A stretch of 63,869 nucleotides of DNA, the filler included, from Dimorphilus gyrociliatus (lineage: Eukaryota > Animalia > Annelida): assembly GCA_904063045.1 (NCBI GenBank). It is 4 parts of 4 records of this genome, joined end to end, with 100 filler letters (N's around TTAATTAATTAA, not from the genome) between each part and the next. Parts side by side here need not be neighbours in the genome. Positions count along the whole stretch, not along the records: positions 28,388 to 46,340 come from CAJFCJ010000216.1; positions 46,441 to 56,977 come from CAJFCJ010000272.1; 2 more parts are not named here. One strand, written 5' to 3'. The first letter of the stretch is position 1. Every line of letters begins with the position of its first letter. The position numbers and the translations under genes were made by a program. This document shows, piece by piece, positions 35,880 to 49,400 of the stretch. Below the pieces are notes generated by a model. It did no database searches and was not told the DNA's origin. It saw only the letters and a program-made list of their open reading frames with translations.

Positions 35880-36060
35880 GTCATTTTGTGGAATATATTC
35901 AAAAAACCTATATTGATGATAAAATTTGGAAATGAAAAGTTTTGGTCTGTCTATCAAGTTGTTATCAGAAAAAAATAATAATAAGATTAAATAGTGGGAA
36001 TTATGATGAAAATTTCTACAATCTTATCAAAGAATTAGCAAGAGAAGCTGACCTAATACT
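35880..36060 (+). mobile_element. MULE transposase C-terminal relic, same family as 4870-5110
   Basis: HFVEYIQKTYI..IW..FWSVYQVVIR..NFYNLIKELAREAD, with clear nucleotide similarity to 4925-5060. Confidence 0.7.
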
Positions 36061-36248
36061 AATATAATATCTTCTCAAAGTCAAAGTTATTATTGAAATT
36101 AGCATCAACCAGAATCAATTGCATATAATGTATATAAAGATGAAATTGTAGATTATTTGCCAAGTAGAAGGTTTCGAGTTTTAGCAATTACTCAATAGGC
36201 TTAGAAAAGGCTGTCACATCTTTACATTTCATTATTTCTTATTACAAA

Positions 36249-39200
36249 ATGGATAATAAAATAATTATGCTCCTAATGATATTGCTTTATTCCAGTGCAC
36301 GTCCCACTAATATCCTTGATTTTCTGGAATTTAAAACTATTGAAGAGAATCAAATTTTAACAAAATACTCTATTGGTGTATTCTATAAAGGCAAATTGTA
36401 TAATAGAATATACTATGATTCTTATACAGTTTCAAAATTTGAAAATTTAAAATTACAATTTTGCAAGAGATTATCAATCAACAATTCACTTTTTTCCCAT
36501 ATTGACTATTTAGACACTGATAAAAAAAACTCTACTATTAAACTGAACAGAAGATTATCATGTTGCCAATTGTAATTTTTTTAAATTACAGACTGAAAGT
36601 TTATTATAAGAATTTTCATTTTCAGTAAGAAATCGAATTATTTTTCATCCCTGATAATGATTTTAAAGTGTTTTAAAAAAAATTCATCTTGTAAAAGACA
36701 CCAAATTTTCAAAATATATTATTTCATAACTACTGTTTGCATTTTTTCTCTTCAGTTATCTTTGCAATGAGGATTAAAAAGTCAATCTATTCTTTAATTT
36801 TATACAAAAACTATACATTTTTCAAAACCTCTTCATTAGAAAGCGAGAGAATATTTCTGTGTCGAAAGAATGAAATAATTGTAGATTTTCAATTGAAAAT
36901 TGAGAACAAAGTTGAATTTTTAAAATTGAACAAAAATAACAGCTTTGTGATAATGAATGATTCTATAAATGATAAGAAACATTTGATCAAAGTTATACAA
37001 TGCTCATATTTTGAAATAGATGGTACTTTTGACTTTCAGTGCTGCCAAAAATGCTCACTTTTTGAATAGTTGCTTACTAAGGCTTAGGCTGATAATACAC
37101 AAAAAACTTTGAGGCATTTTCAGTAGCATATCTATTTAATGTATTCCATAATTTTTTTCCCAACATAAGCAAGTTTTTCTTTGTTTAAATTGCAGAAGTT
37201 AGATCATTAGATAGAAGGTCTATTTTGTCCCGCGATGTGAAAGTTTCATTGATTCATTCTACAACTACTATCTACTCTAAAAGATATGGATATAGGAGAG
37301 TAGTATTTCACAAGAGTATGCTGCATATGACTGCAAACGTTTTCTATTGTTACATTTCTAAAGGCATGTCCGCAGGACCTCAAATTTTTCAGCCATTGCC
37401 ATTTACAATTAAAAATGTTTCGTTGATTCCATAGCCATTGATTTGTTTATAACGGAAATTTATTGCATCATTTTACAGATGATAACATTAGTTTTAAAAG
37501 GATGCTCACCTAAAGATGACAATGCATATTTTGGATGCTATCTAGAATTAGCTAAAAAATCAAATGATTATCAAGAATATTATGATATTCCTGACGTGCA
37601 ATGTAAAGATTTCAGCCATCTACCAGGTTGTTAATTGTTTAAATTCAAGAAAATTACCTCTTTTTCTTCTTAACTCTTCAGTGTCAAAGTTTTACTTAAT
37701 AAGTTCTAAAATAAAAGTACTACATGGTCAGAGTCATAACTATACAGATTTTACAGGATTTGTTGAAGTTGCTCTACAGAAGTTCCATTATTTAGTTAAA
37801 GTTTATCAATCAATTGACATTAAATTACTATGCCAATATTTTGGTTTCAATGATGGTAGAGTAGTAGTATCTCAACGGAGTAGTTTTGTGATTGATATAA
37901 GCTTAAGACATTCTCTTCATAATGTATTTGTCAGTTTCGACTGTTCAAAAGATGATACTAATATTGAAAATTGCCAAATTAATAAAGTGTTAGTTTACAA
38001 AATCAGTCAATTTCAGTTAATCAATCAATCAATTAATATCTTTGGTTTTTTTTTTATTTTTCAATAAAGAAATGAGTTCACTGTGTCTGGGCAAATTGTA
38101 ATAAATTGTTATCGCATCAATAAATCTATGGAATGTATGGAAAAAAATATGATCTCCTTGGAAAGTCTTTGCTACAAAATATTCTATTTTGAAAAACCTA
38201 GAAAAGTGGAAGAACAACAGCAATTTTGCAAAAATCAAAATATGACACAACTAACTTTGTCAACTTTTCAAAAGCACGTTGTTGCTGATTATCTTAAAAA
38301 ATTAGCTGATACAGTTTTACCACAACATTACACAAAGAAATTCAAGCATTTTAATCCATTTTCAAGTAAAACTAAATATGAAGTTTTTAAACATTTTACT
38401 ATCATTTCATTTAAATTTTGTTTATTCATGAAGATTTTATTGAAAAAACTTACAAAAATAGAATTATCTCAGTAACCTCAAGCAATCTACATAGTCGTTT
38501 TCTTCCATTTAGTGAACACTTATTCAGTTATTCAGTCATTAACAGGAGGATTAAATCTCTGTCAACGTTTTTTGACGAGAAAGTTGAATTTTTACAAGTA
38601 TTACCAAACAAGGTCAAAAATGACTGCTTTCAAGTGTATATGAAAATGAAACCGTTCTTATATTTTTGTTCCAACTATAAATTACTATTGAACAGTGCTG
38701 AAAATGCTCACAAATTTGTTGGATTTAAGTGAGGTCTTGGGGTTAGGGTTAGGGTAAGGGTAAAAGCATATATAAGTGGACATTTTCCATCACATCCATT
38801 TTCAACACTCTTTATTATTAATAGACGATAAGGAATAAAAAGTGTATTGTTTTCAGATCAGCTCATCTCTATGTAGAGATTATTTCATGCAGCAAAAAAA
38901 CGAACATATTTTTTTGTGAAGAGTTTTTAGGTTTTTCTGATCCCAGTTTTCTTTTATTCCAAACTGTGATTTAAAGATTTAATTCTTTTTTATTAACAAC
39001 GTTTTAGCGAGTGAAGTTCAATCAATTGCACAGTATTCCTCTCTAGCTCTCCCTTTTCAAGGTATTAACTGTTTAAAATGGCATTTCTATTGCCTACAAG
39101 ATGGCTATTGTATTAATTCTGTATATCTTTGTGATGGAATTTTTGACTGTATATCTGGTGATGATGAAACAAATTGCATCAATAACGTTGACAGTGTTTC

Positions 39201-42200
39201 TTATTATAAAAGAGAAACATTTGAATGTTTCACTTCACACAAACTCATTAGCTATTCACTACTGTGTGATTTTTTTCCGGATTGTCAGGATCACTCTGAT
39301 GAAATTTACTGTTGTGAGTCAATAATTGCAATGCCTACATATTAATACATCGAAATGTTTGTAAAGCATTTCAAGAATGCAGTGAAAATTCAAGGTTATA
39401 ATATTTTGATGGAATAGTGTTCACTATAAAACATAAATAATAAATTTCAGCGTTTGTCATAATGGACAATGTATCAATGAGAACAGAGTTTGTGACAATG
39501 AAAGAAACTGTGTAGATTATAGTGATGAGTTTTGTTTTAGTCCAAAATCTATTCATGAATTGTATAAAGAAAGTAAGAAACATTCTCTATTCAAAACGTA
39601 GTTGTTATGCTGTACTACTTCTACTTTAAATCTTCATAATTTATTGAAAATAGATATTTAAGCAAGTAGTTAGTATTTGTAAGAAAGTTCAATAGCAGGA
39701 TAGGTGACGTTTTGCACCAAAATATTAAACCAGAACCTAAGTAGACATCATGAACATTTTCAATCATGAATTCATTTACTTGTATCCATTGCTAGCTGAT
39801 TATTTTCCAATTATTGGATTTCAGTGCTGAACTTACTTAGTTGGTGTTTATCAGTTAGAGTATAATTTCACAAAGTCCAGGAATGAATTTTTTGTCAAAC
39901 TGAATTTTGAGTTCAGCCAAAAGTGCTGATATTTTATTAAGTAGTTTTAAAGGGATTTTTCGTATCATTCTATAACATGTTTGAATTATAATTATTGTTG
40001 TACATTTCAATTAAATGAACAGGTTGCAATAGTAAAACACAATGGGAGTGTGATGACTCTTGCATTAGTAGTGAGCAAGTTTGTGACTTTACCGTTGACT
40101 GCAAAGATAAATTGGATGAAATGTATTGTGCCAAGTTCGATCATGAAGAATGGTTTAACAAATATAAATCTGAGAGCTCGTGTAGAATTAAATACAACTC
40201 AATGAATAATTTCAACGCAAGAATTCAAAAACCTTATTCTCAATTATATAATTGTAAAAATAATATTTGTTCACCTATTGAATACAAATGCTATCATGAA
40301 AGTTACTGCATTCCCCTTATTCTTGTTTGCGATGGTATAAATCAATGTTTGTATGGAGACGATGAAATTAATTGCGGTAAATTTTACGTAGAAAATGATA
40401 CTTTCTAGTCCAAAATGCTTTTGTTGTTGACAAACAGAAAATTACATTGCAAAAGGATTTTTCAAATGTAGAAATGAGACAATATTTCTACCTGACATAA
40501 AGTTATGTGATGGAAATGTTGATTGTCTCCAAGGAAGTGATGAAATCTTTTGTTCAATCCCTAAAATTCAATATAATAACACTCATTCTTGTCATAGCAA
40601 ATATCTGTATGACATAAATTGCATATTCATCAATTCAATTACAGTGACAGTATTGGAGATTGATGAAAATCTAAAGAAAATTACATTGAATGGAAATTGT
40701 ATTATTCAAAATGGAAAAAAAGTGAACAACCAACTGCATATTTTAAAAATTAATAACAATTTCTTATTAAAAGATATAAGAAATAAATTTTCAATACCAA
40801 ACATTGCTTATTTAAATTTAACAAACAATAATATTTTTAACCTTGACATTATTTTAAAGGAAAAACTGGCTTTACTTCAATCTTTAGACATTTCAAAAAA
40901 TCCTATTGAAAAATTAGATTTTTTATGGAATTTCCAAACTCAAAATCTTCTATTACTGGATTTTTCATCAACTGAAGTAAAAGAATTGGAAAAGAAAGAC
41001 TTTTCTATTCTAAAAAAATTAAGAATTTTAAAATTAAAGAATTCCATTTTAAATTTTATTGAAAAAAATTCATTAATTTACTTAAAAAATGTTGAAAAAT
41101 TTATTGCTACTCAAACTATTATTTCAGCAAATTATCTTAACCCAATTGTCAATAATATGGTAAATTTAAAAGAAATAGAAAGTGGAAGTTTTCAATTATG
41201 TTGTTTAGCCTGGAAATTTTTAGCTCAAGATGTTTATTGTAAACCAAAACCCCAGGTTTTCTTAACATGTCATAATATCATTCCATATAGATCTTTGAAA
41301 ATTCTGTTTTGGATTTTTGGAATTTGTGGAATTATAGGAAATTTAACATCCTTTTGTTTAAAAATCACAGCAAAGAACAAATCTTCCAAACTATATAGAT
41401 TAAGCTTGAATGTTGGAGATTGTTTAACAGCTCTATATGTTTTGATTGTAGCTGCAGTTGATTTACACTTTTCAGATGAGAAGTATATTTATGCAGAACA
41501 GCTGTGGAGACAGAGTCCACTCTGTTCATTTTTAGGAACAATTCTATCATTTTCATTACTGTTTTCAACCTTTATCCTCTTGTTTATAACTATTGAACGC
41601 TACACATCAATATCTAATCCACTAAAGCAGTCATTTGTGATCACAAATAGATACACTATCCTAATCATATTAACATTACTATGTTTAGTAATTTCAAATC
41701 TACCCTTAATATTTTTCAATGTATAAGCCATATTAACAACATTTTCTTAAAAGATTTACTCCTTATTCCAAATTTACAGAAATATTATGAAAAATCAACA
41801 ATATGCTTTAACATGCCAATAAGATCAGATAAAACTGGTGGTTGGTATTATTCATTTTTTACTTTTGGTGTCCTCACATTTTTGTTGAGCTCAATAATTT
41901 CAATTTTATATATTAATTTGATAAAGTTGATTAAAGTGTCCATTGCATCTGGAGTATCAAAGACAGTTAAGCAGAAAACAGTTTCCAAGAGTATTTATAT
42001 TATTGTAATATCAAATTTATTGTGTTGGTTGCCAACTTCAATTTTGTGTAGGAATCTTTTTTAATTCAATTTGTTCAATCAAAAAGTAGCTTTCTATATA
42101 TATTTTTAAAGCTATTGTGTCCGAAATTAGCAATATTCACTTGAAAAATGATTTCTATGTTGCCATTTTCATTGGTATTGTTCCACTAAATTGTTTATTG

Positions 42201-42844
42201 AATCCTTTCATTTTTTCAATGCAAGAGTTTCTTGACAAGCTTCGGTTAATGAAAAAACAGAGAAAAGAAAAACAGTTAAGTATCATTTTGTTTTCACCAC
42301 AACAATAACAAAACTCATTTAACTCTTAGAGAGAAGCTCATCAAACATGAAAGAGATCAAGTTTTTAACAAAAGTAAAAGTGTTTTCATTTTTCTCTGCC
42401 AAAACAAAATTATTCTTTTTTTCAGTTTTATCTTTTTTTAATAAAAACTGCAAGAAATTTTTCATAAGTTCAGATCATAAACATCTTTTACAACAGTTGA
42501 ATTTCTGTGAAATGTCATTTCTTCAAAATTCTAAATACTATTTGAAATGTTTCAAAAATATTTCTAATGCTATTTCAGCAGCACATAGCAATGAACTTTC
42601 CCCTGTATGCTGTGAATTTACTAATTCAATTTACTATAAAGTAAATAATACGAGATATTCTATAAAATCCTTAATGAACTTTTAACATCTCTCCTTGCTG
42701 TTATAGGTTAAAAATATGCAGTACTATGTTGCTTATGAATATTTCGAGGAAAACACTTTGCACAATGAAAAGAAGGATATTATGAAAATAGGAAATTTCA
42801 TTCGGAAATTTCTCATACAAAAAAGTTTATTAAATAAAAGTTGA
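36249..42844 (+). CDS. Receptor C: LGR type C2/GRL101-like GPCR (SP, SRCR-like, CTLD-like, 6 LDLa, LRR, 7TM, pseudokinase-like tail); appears intact where checked
   Basis: SP MDNKIIMLLMILLYSSA. SRCR GFVEV..LLCQYFGFNDG..FDCSKDDTNIENC. CTLD LCYKIFY..QFCK. LDLa 39060-40550. LRR 40644-41180; hinge CCLAW..CKP..TCHNII. ITIERY, SNLLCWLP, LLNPFIF. In-frame introns 42280-42329 and 42641-42706; stop at 42842-42844. Confidence 0.9.
38739..38845 (+). repeat. TTAGGG-seeded short dispersed repeat, copy 3 (intron of receptor C)
   Basis: gggttagggttagggtaaGGGTAAAAGCAtatataaGTGgAcaTTTTCcaTcaCAtCC..ttcaaca, then an 11/12-bp stem at 38805-38816/38834-38845. Confidence 0.7.
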
Positions 42845-43320
42845 TTGTGAATAAAACCTAAGTTCTGGACTTAAGGATTTGTGATTAACTTTTACAAAAC
42901 TATAAAGGCATTAACATGAGATCATAGGTGTCTAACCAATACCTTCTTTATTTCTGAATGGGATCAAAAGAAAAAGTAAAGTTGGGCAATGGGAAAAAGC
43001 TATTTCTTTGACATTTGGGGAATTCTTAAAAATAAATTTCCCTAACCTTACCCTGTAAGATCTACTTAGGTTTCAGACTCCCTCTCATAATAAAAGGTTA
43101 AGAATAGTAAATCAATATCACTACTGGAAGGTGCTTAACAAAAGAGAAAATGAAGATTACAAGAATCACTAGCATTTACCTAAAAAAGTTCGAATCTAAT
43201 ATAAATTTTAGCACATAACAAGTTTTGTGAGTGGAATGCTAACCCAGAACCCCAACAAAAACTCAAACCAAATCTAATCCACACCATGAAAATTAATTTT
43301 AGAATTTGAAGAAATGAATG

Positions 43321-43438
43321 CAATTTGTAGGCAATTGTATAGAAGGTAGAATGAGTTCAGTTATATGAACTGCAATTGTATAATTTCATTATCAAAATGT
43401 CTAGAACAGCTACCTTCTATACAATTGCCTACAAATTG
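43321..43438. repeat. Perfect 29-bp inverted repeat enclosing 60 nt (MITE/foldback-like)
   Basis: caatttgtaggcaattgtatagaaggtag (43321-43349) pairs with ctaccttctatacaattgcctacaaattg (43410-43438). No TSD seen. Confidence 0.9.
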
Positions 43439-45081
43439 AGACAATAAAAATAGGGGAGACTGTCTGGTGAAAAAACTCATTCAGTTTTTTTTAATGCATT
43501 TTTCATTGTAATAACTATTGCAATGCTTCAATTGACAAGCTGTTTTTGTTTATTTTACATAGGGCAGTACCTGTGTAAACATATATATAAATAATAATAC
43601 GATAATAATTTCGACTCTCTGTAGCTTGTTTTCCTTCTTAAAAGGGGGCTGTTGAGGGATTTTCTTAGCTTCCTCCCTTCCAGCTTGATACTAGAAACCT
43701 TTCCGTTCAAGATAGACCTTAGCCTACGAACACCTTCAATCTTTTAGTATATTGATCTCAGAATATACTGTTATACACAGTAATTCTGAGACCTCCTTAT
43801 AAGATAACCTATCTTTATGTTTTTTCTTTCTTACAAAGTCTTAAAATCTTGATCAATATGCCAAATGTTAAATATATCTCTGAATACTGTATACAACGGA
43901 AGGCGTTCAGTAATGACAAAGTTGAAGAGAGGGCAAATTGAATGAAAGAGAAAGAGAGAGAGAGAGAGACGGTAATTCTGCAGAATAATGAATAATTTTG
44001 TTAGTTATACAATAAACTTCGTAATTACCTGTCTATTAAAGGAAAGTTTTGGTACAGGATTAAATTTTAAACACTGTCTTAATTCTTTATACTCTCTCTG
44101 TCTCTTTCCCTGGAGACTTTGTGTGTATTACCATCATCATCGTCATTATCATAATCTAGTTGGATGGGTAGGTAGATAATCACCTCCTCCCCCCTCCCCC
44201 ACTCAACAATTCTCTTCCATCAACAATCCTCATTTATAGCATTTTTTCTAGCTTCATCATTTATTTTGAGGAATAATTCAAAATTCTTTATTATTTTATA
44301 TATGAAAATTTATATCAAATTATTAGAATTTGATTGAACAAATACAATTTCAACTTTTAATGATTTGACCTTCGATTCTTATGTAATTTGGATGATATTT
44401 CATGCTTTCTGCACTATAAATTCGTAAATTGAATAGAAATGATAAAATAATCATAAATTTTGTCAATATCAAATTAGCAGTACAGATAAAAGTGACATAT
44501 TTATCAATAATACAATTGTAATATAGCCAAGACACTTTCTAGTATTAATATCAATATTCTCGCAATCTTAATAATAAGTCTTTGTTGGGAGTTGATTTGT
44601 TTACACTTGTCTTTTTATTGAAAATTGTATATGCAGTTATAAAAATTGAAGTAGGTATTAGGTTTAGGGTAAAACTTGCAAACTTTTCAAAACTCTTTTA
44701 AAAATAAATTACTGTCACAGTAGCTTAATAGCATTTTTCCAAGACTCTATTCTCTTTGCAGTACTTTCTATCTGCTTTCAGATTAAAGCTGGTTTTTTTT
44801 TTCTAAAATGGGGCTTGTCGTATTTTGGAATCAAGTAGAAAACAAAGAAAGTCAGAGAATTGGTGGACAAGTGAAATTTTTAAAATTATCTTGTTATGCT
44901 AACACTAACCTCTATAAATAATTTAAACAATATTCACCTACTTAAAAATTTAATATGAATGAAACATCGCATATTTATCAAAACACATTAATAAATCAAA
45001 CTATTTAGTTTCCATGGATACTTTGGTAAGACAAAAATCAGTTTCTATTTCTTACTTCCCTTTCATCAGAGTTAAAACTTT

Positions 45082-46250
45082 ATGGCTCTATTTAAATATC
45101 TTTTGAAATCAATCTGCTTCTTTATATTGGTCCTGGATGGAGATACTGCAGAACAGAGTGATAATAAAAAAACGTGTCCATCTGGTTTCCTAATTTTCCA
45201 TGAAAAGTGTTATTCACTCATAGAAACTATTGCATCATCTTACTTTTCTCCAAATTCAACTGATCTATTGGGAGGAAGCAAAGTTAAAGTTAATTCAACT
45301 GTGTTCAATTCATTTTTCAAATGGTTTGCGCATAAGGATTCTACTATTTTCTTGGGTCTAGAGAGAAAGAATTTCAGTTCAAATTGGACAAAAGATTTTG
45401 AATGGTTTAACGGAGACAAATTAGATTTTCATGATTTTGACAATGCTAACTTTTCATCAAATTCTTCTTTTGTATTTCTCGGTGTTGATACTTGGATTTT
45501 AGAATCGGAACTTCCATCTAGATTCCATACATTCGTCATGATTGAAAAAAGTAGTCTGCAACATAAGAAAATAATTAAATATTCCATCACTAATAAGTTC
45601 CATTTTCAATCACACAGCAGCTACTGATGATAACTGTGCTATAGCTTGGAGTAAATATCCAAGATTTCCTTCAGTTTCCAATGCTTTGAAGCAAGAAATG
45701 TCTTTTCTGAATTGTCTTAAGGTAGGCTGTTCAAATTTGTTTGAATTTTTTAAGATAAAAGAGAAGTAAACGCTCTCTTCTGTCATTCTAGCTTAATAGA
45801 CATGTCAAGAAGGAACAAGCTGCAAAACTGTATCTTATAATAGAGATAAAGGGCTTTGTAGTCATTATAGATTTGAATTCATTGATGAATACCACCCTAC
45901 TGTAGTTTCTTCTACACGTGATGGAATTCTTTATTCTTTTCAATGCAAAAATTACATCGATTCTTCTTGTTTGGGTGATCCCTACTCTACAAAAGATCTT
46001 CCAAGCACCTCTTTTACATCTTCATCTTTCTATCCAAATTTTGAACCGTACAAAGCAAAATTTTTTTATTCAGATGACGATCCCCCTTTCACCGTTCCAC
46101 AAGCATTTCGACCTGCGATTACTGATGTTAATATATGGTTTCAGATTGAGCTGTATACTTTAACAGCTGTAAAAGGATATATCATAAAGGGTGGTGGATA
46201 TATTGAACAAAAGCATTTTATAACTTCTCATTACTTTTTGTATGGTACAA
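45082..46250 (+). CDS. Secreted CTLD-like + PAN/apple + FA58C (discoidin) protein, 3' end lost in the gap
   Basis: SP; TCPSGFLIFHEKCYSL..FLGL..FEWFNG. Introns 45551-45617 and 45722-45799 keep the frame. NCLK|TCQEGTSCKTVSYNRDKGLC (PAN). SFTSSSFY..WFQIEL..VKGYIIKG (FA58C). Confidence 0.85.
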
Positions 46251-46340
46251 GTTGTAAATATCTCATGAATTTGAACGATTTAGGATTGAAGAGAAGGGTT
46301 AGGAGTTCTTAGTTTGCACATGCACAATTTGACTATATAT

Positions 46341-46440
46341 NNNNNNNNNNNNNNNNNNNNNNNNNNNNNNNNNNNNNNNNNNNNTTAATTAATTAANNNN
46401 NNNNNNNNNNNNNNNNNNNNNNNNNNNNNNNNNNNNNNNN
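46341..46440. other. Assembly gap with six-frame-stop linker
   Basis: 44 N + TTAATTAATTAA + 44 N. Confidence 0.97.
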
Positions 46441-49400
46441 TTTACTCCTCCTGCCGATCCTGTGTGTGTGTGTGTGCCTGTTTCGGACAACAACTCTCCC
46501 ATCTCCGTTCCCGTCACCTCTACACCTGTCTCGCGTGTTATGGACATATACCGGTTCTCCCTCCCCTCTTCTACCTCTACTACCTCTACTACTACTACCA
46601 CTGCTACTACGGCTGCATCTTCTTCCTCTTCGGTTCTGGTGCCCCCTCTGCCGTCCTCTCTTCCTCTTCTGCTACTGCTGATCCGGTTTCGTCGAGGGTG
46701 AGTACGGCTGTTCCTGGCGGTCATGTTTCTGTGTCTGTCCCTCCTTCTCGTCCCCCGTCCAAGTCCCGTCCCGCCCCATCTGTTGTTACTGTTGCTGTCC
46801 CTGTACCTGACCGTTCCCCTATCTATACTCGTTCCCTCGCGGCCAAGAAGAAGAAGGCTGCTTCTTCTCCTGCACCCGCAATAGCCCCCATAAGGGTTGC
46901 TACGCAAACTTTTTACAACTCCGAACGGCGTCGTTCGGTTGGTGGTGCCTCTGCTGTTGTCGCCGCTGTTCCTCCCTCGTCCGCCATTGTACCTGTTGAT
47001 AATTCAAAATCATCCTGTGGGACTTCGGTTAGCGTGGCCGGTACTCCGGTTAACGCTCCCACAGATAGGCCTCAGCCAACCGCTAATCCCTCCGCTGCCC
47101 CTGTCTGTGAGAAGAATCTTTCTCCCACGAGTAGGCCTGCGCCGGCCCCCTGTCCTAATCAGGCAGCGGCTGACTCAGACCGTGTGACAATTCCTCCCAA
47201 CGCGCCTAGGCCTCCGCCGGTCGTTGCTTCTGTGTCCGCGCAATGTCCTTGCAAGGTGTCGCCCTGCGTGTGCATTTCCGGAGCTAATGTCTCCGCCGCG
47301 TCTCCTCCTACCGTTCCCCTTCTCCCTACCGACATCCCGTTAACCTATCCTCTTCTGGATAGAATGTGCCCTGTTTGCAACAACTTTTCCGGCACTACCA
47401 ACAGGATTTCAGCCCACATCCGCTCCGTCCACGCTAAGCAAGTGACCTTTATGTGTCGGGGCTGTCGCCATTTCTTCCGTTCACTGGGGATTGTGAAGAG
47501 ACATTTCAACCGCGATCATGGGGTCATCCCTCGTCCATCTATTTAGATGACTCGGACTCTCCTGCCGCTGCATCCCAGTCCCCCCCTTCCCAGCCCATTG
47601 TCCAACGCATCTCTGTTGGGCCTTCCCCCGCCACCATTCCCACTCTTCCCGCTCTGCCGAATGGCTCGTTTGCGAAAGTGGTCAAATCTCCCCCCCCGGC
47701 TCTTCCTTCCGCAAAGGCTCTCTTGCCGCTCGCCACTCTGCCGCCGTCGCCTTCTAAAAACAAAAATAATAGTAAGATCAGGAAACCCCGTCCCCGTAAG
47801 GTTATCTCCTCCTCAGCACTCGTCCCAAAAATACCCCCGGCCAGTGCGATCCCAGATTCGGGTTCGGTTGTTTCTTCCTCCTCTTCTAGGGCCACCCTTG
47901 CACGACCGACGGAGGCTGGGAAACCTCCTCCTAAAGTCGGTGCTCCGACCAAGACAGTTCGTTCCCCCCCAACTACAGGTCCGAACCCCTCTGCCCAAGC
48001 TCGGATTTCCCCTCCTAAAGAGCGGATTTCCCCGCCTAAAGGTCAGATTTCCCCGCCTAAAGTTAATAAGGGTTGAGCTCTCCGGACTCGGCCGCTGGTC
48101 CTGCCTCCGTGATGTCTCCCCCGCCTCCCCCGCGCCCTTCTTCCACAAGCCTAAGTCAACTTATCCGTGAAGAACGCGTCGCCTCTAATCCCTCCCCACC
48201 TAGGCCTACCCTTGCCCCCGGTATCGACTCGTCACCGGTGGCGCCCCTGGTGGTCCCCGATTCCCCCCCGCCGCCTTCGTGCGATACGGAGAGGGATGGT
48301 TCCTACGACGAGGACGCTGACATTATCCCCAGTTCTCTCGTCCCTTCTTCCTCTTCTCCCCCCCGCTTTCTTGTCCCCGCTCTCCCGCTCGAGATTGGTC
48401 TCCCCCTCCGCGGTTGGATCGGTCGGTGTCCCGTGACCACGAGGTTACTAATGATAATAATAATAACAGTCTCCTCCCCGACCCCCCGTCCCCTCCTCCT
48501 GCGCACGTGTCCCATCAACAGCTTGAACGGGAACGCGAGGAGCAACTTTCGGGTTTCGCTGCCGCTATCCTAACTGAGTTTGCCCCCAAGATTATTGGAA
48601 GTCAGTCCGAATGGTCCCGCGTGGAAGAAGTTTTCGACGCCTGGGTTCTCGCCATTTCCAACGCCAAGTCCAGGGTGCATGAGAGTGCTGGCGGTAGAGT
48701 CGCGAATAGGAACTTTGCTCGCCCCCTCCGAATGCGGCTAACAATCAATGGCAAGCGGCTACTAATATCCAAAGGGCCTACAAGCGTAATCCGGCTAGCA
48801 CTTTCCGCCGTATCGCTAACCCTGAGGAGACCAAGTGTTCCGCTTCCATTGAAGATATGACCTCTTTCTTTATTGAATCGGTCGCCCCTCCTCCTCCTTC
48901 ATATCAGTGGTCTCCCGACAGGAGTTTCTTCCGGCCGCGGCCCCACCGCCTGACCCAGAAGACGTTCAACTCGCCAATGAAATCCCCCCTGCTCTCACCC
49001 CCGATACCTTTAACTTCGAAAGCAGGGCCATCGACGGCATAGAATTGACCGACCCTAACCACCCCTTGCTCCGTCCCCCATCCCGCGCTGAGATTGTCGG
49101 CCAGCTTAAGCGAACCAACAACTCTGCTCCCGGTCTTGACGGCATCACCTACAAGGATCTTAAGAAATTCGATCCGAAAGGCTTAACCCTCAGGGCTTTC
49201 TATAGGTTGTTCTGGCGACATGGACAGATTCCCTCCTGTCTGAAGCGGTCTCGCACTATAATGATCCCCAAAAAGGATCTCGACCCTTCGCTGCCGGCCA
49301 ACTGTAGGCCTATTGCCCTCCTCTCTACCATTTACAAACTTTTTAGTAGTCTGCTGGCCCGGCGTCTGAGTAGATGGGCCAGAGACAATGATATCCTTAG

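Noticed and set aside
26150-38760. Telomere or telomeric array
   Set aside because: Only 2-3 interstitial TTAGGG-like units per site, embedded in a dispersed repeat.
48710-48860. Programmed -1 frameshift or two-ORF layout in the Utopia element (C5 run at 48722, same in copy 3 at 54742)
   Set aside because: A single missing C in a homopolymer explains it, neighbouring shifts are demonstrably indels, and there is no slippery heptamer. It needs a read check before any claim.
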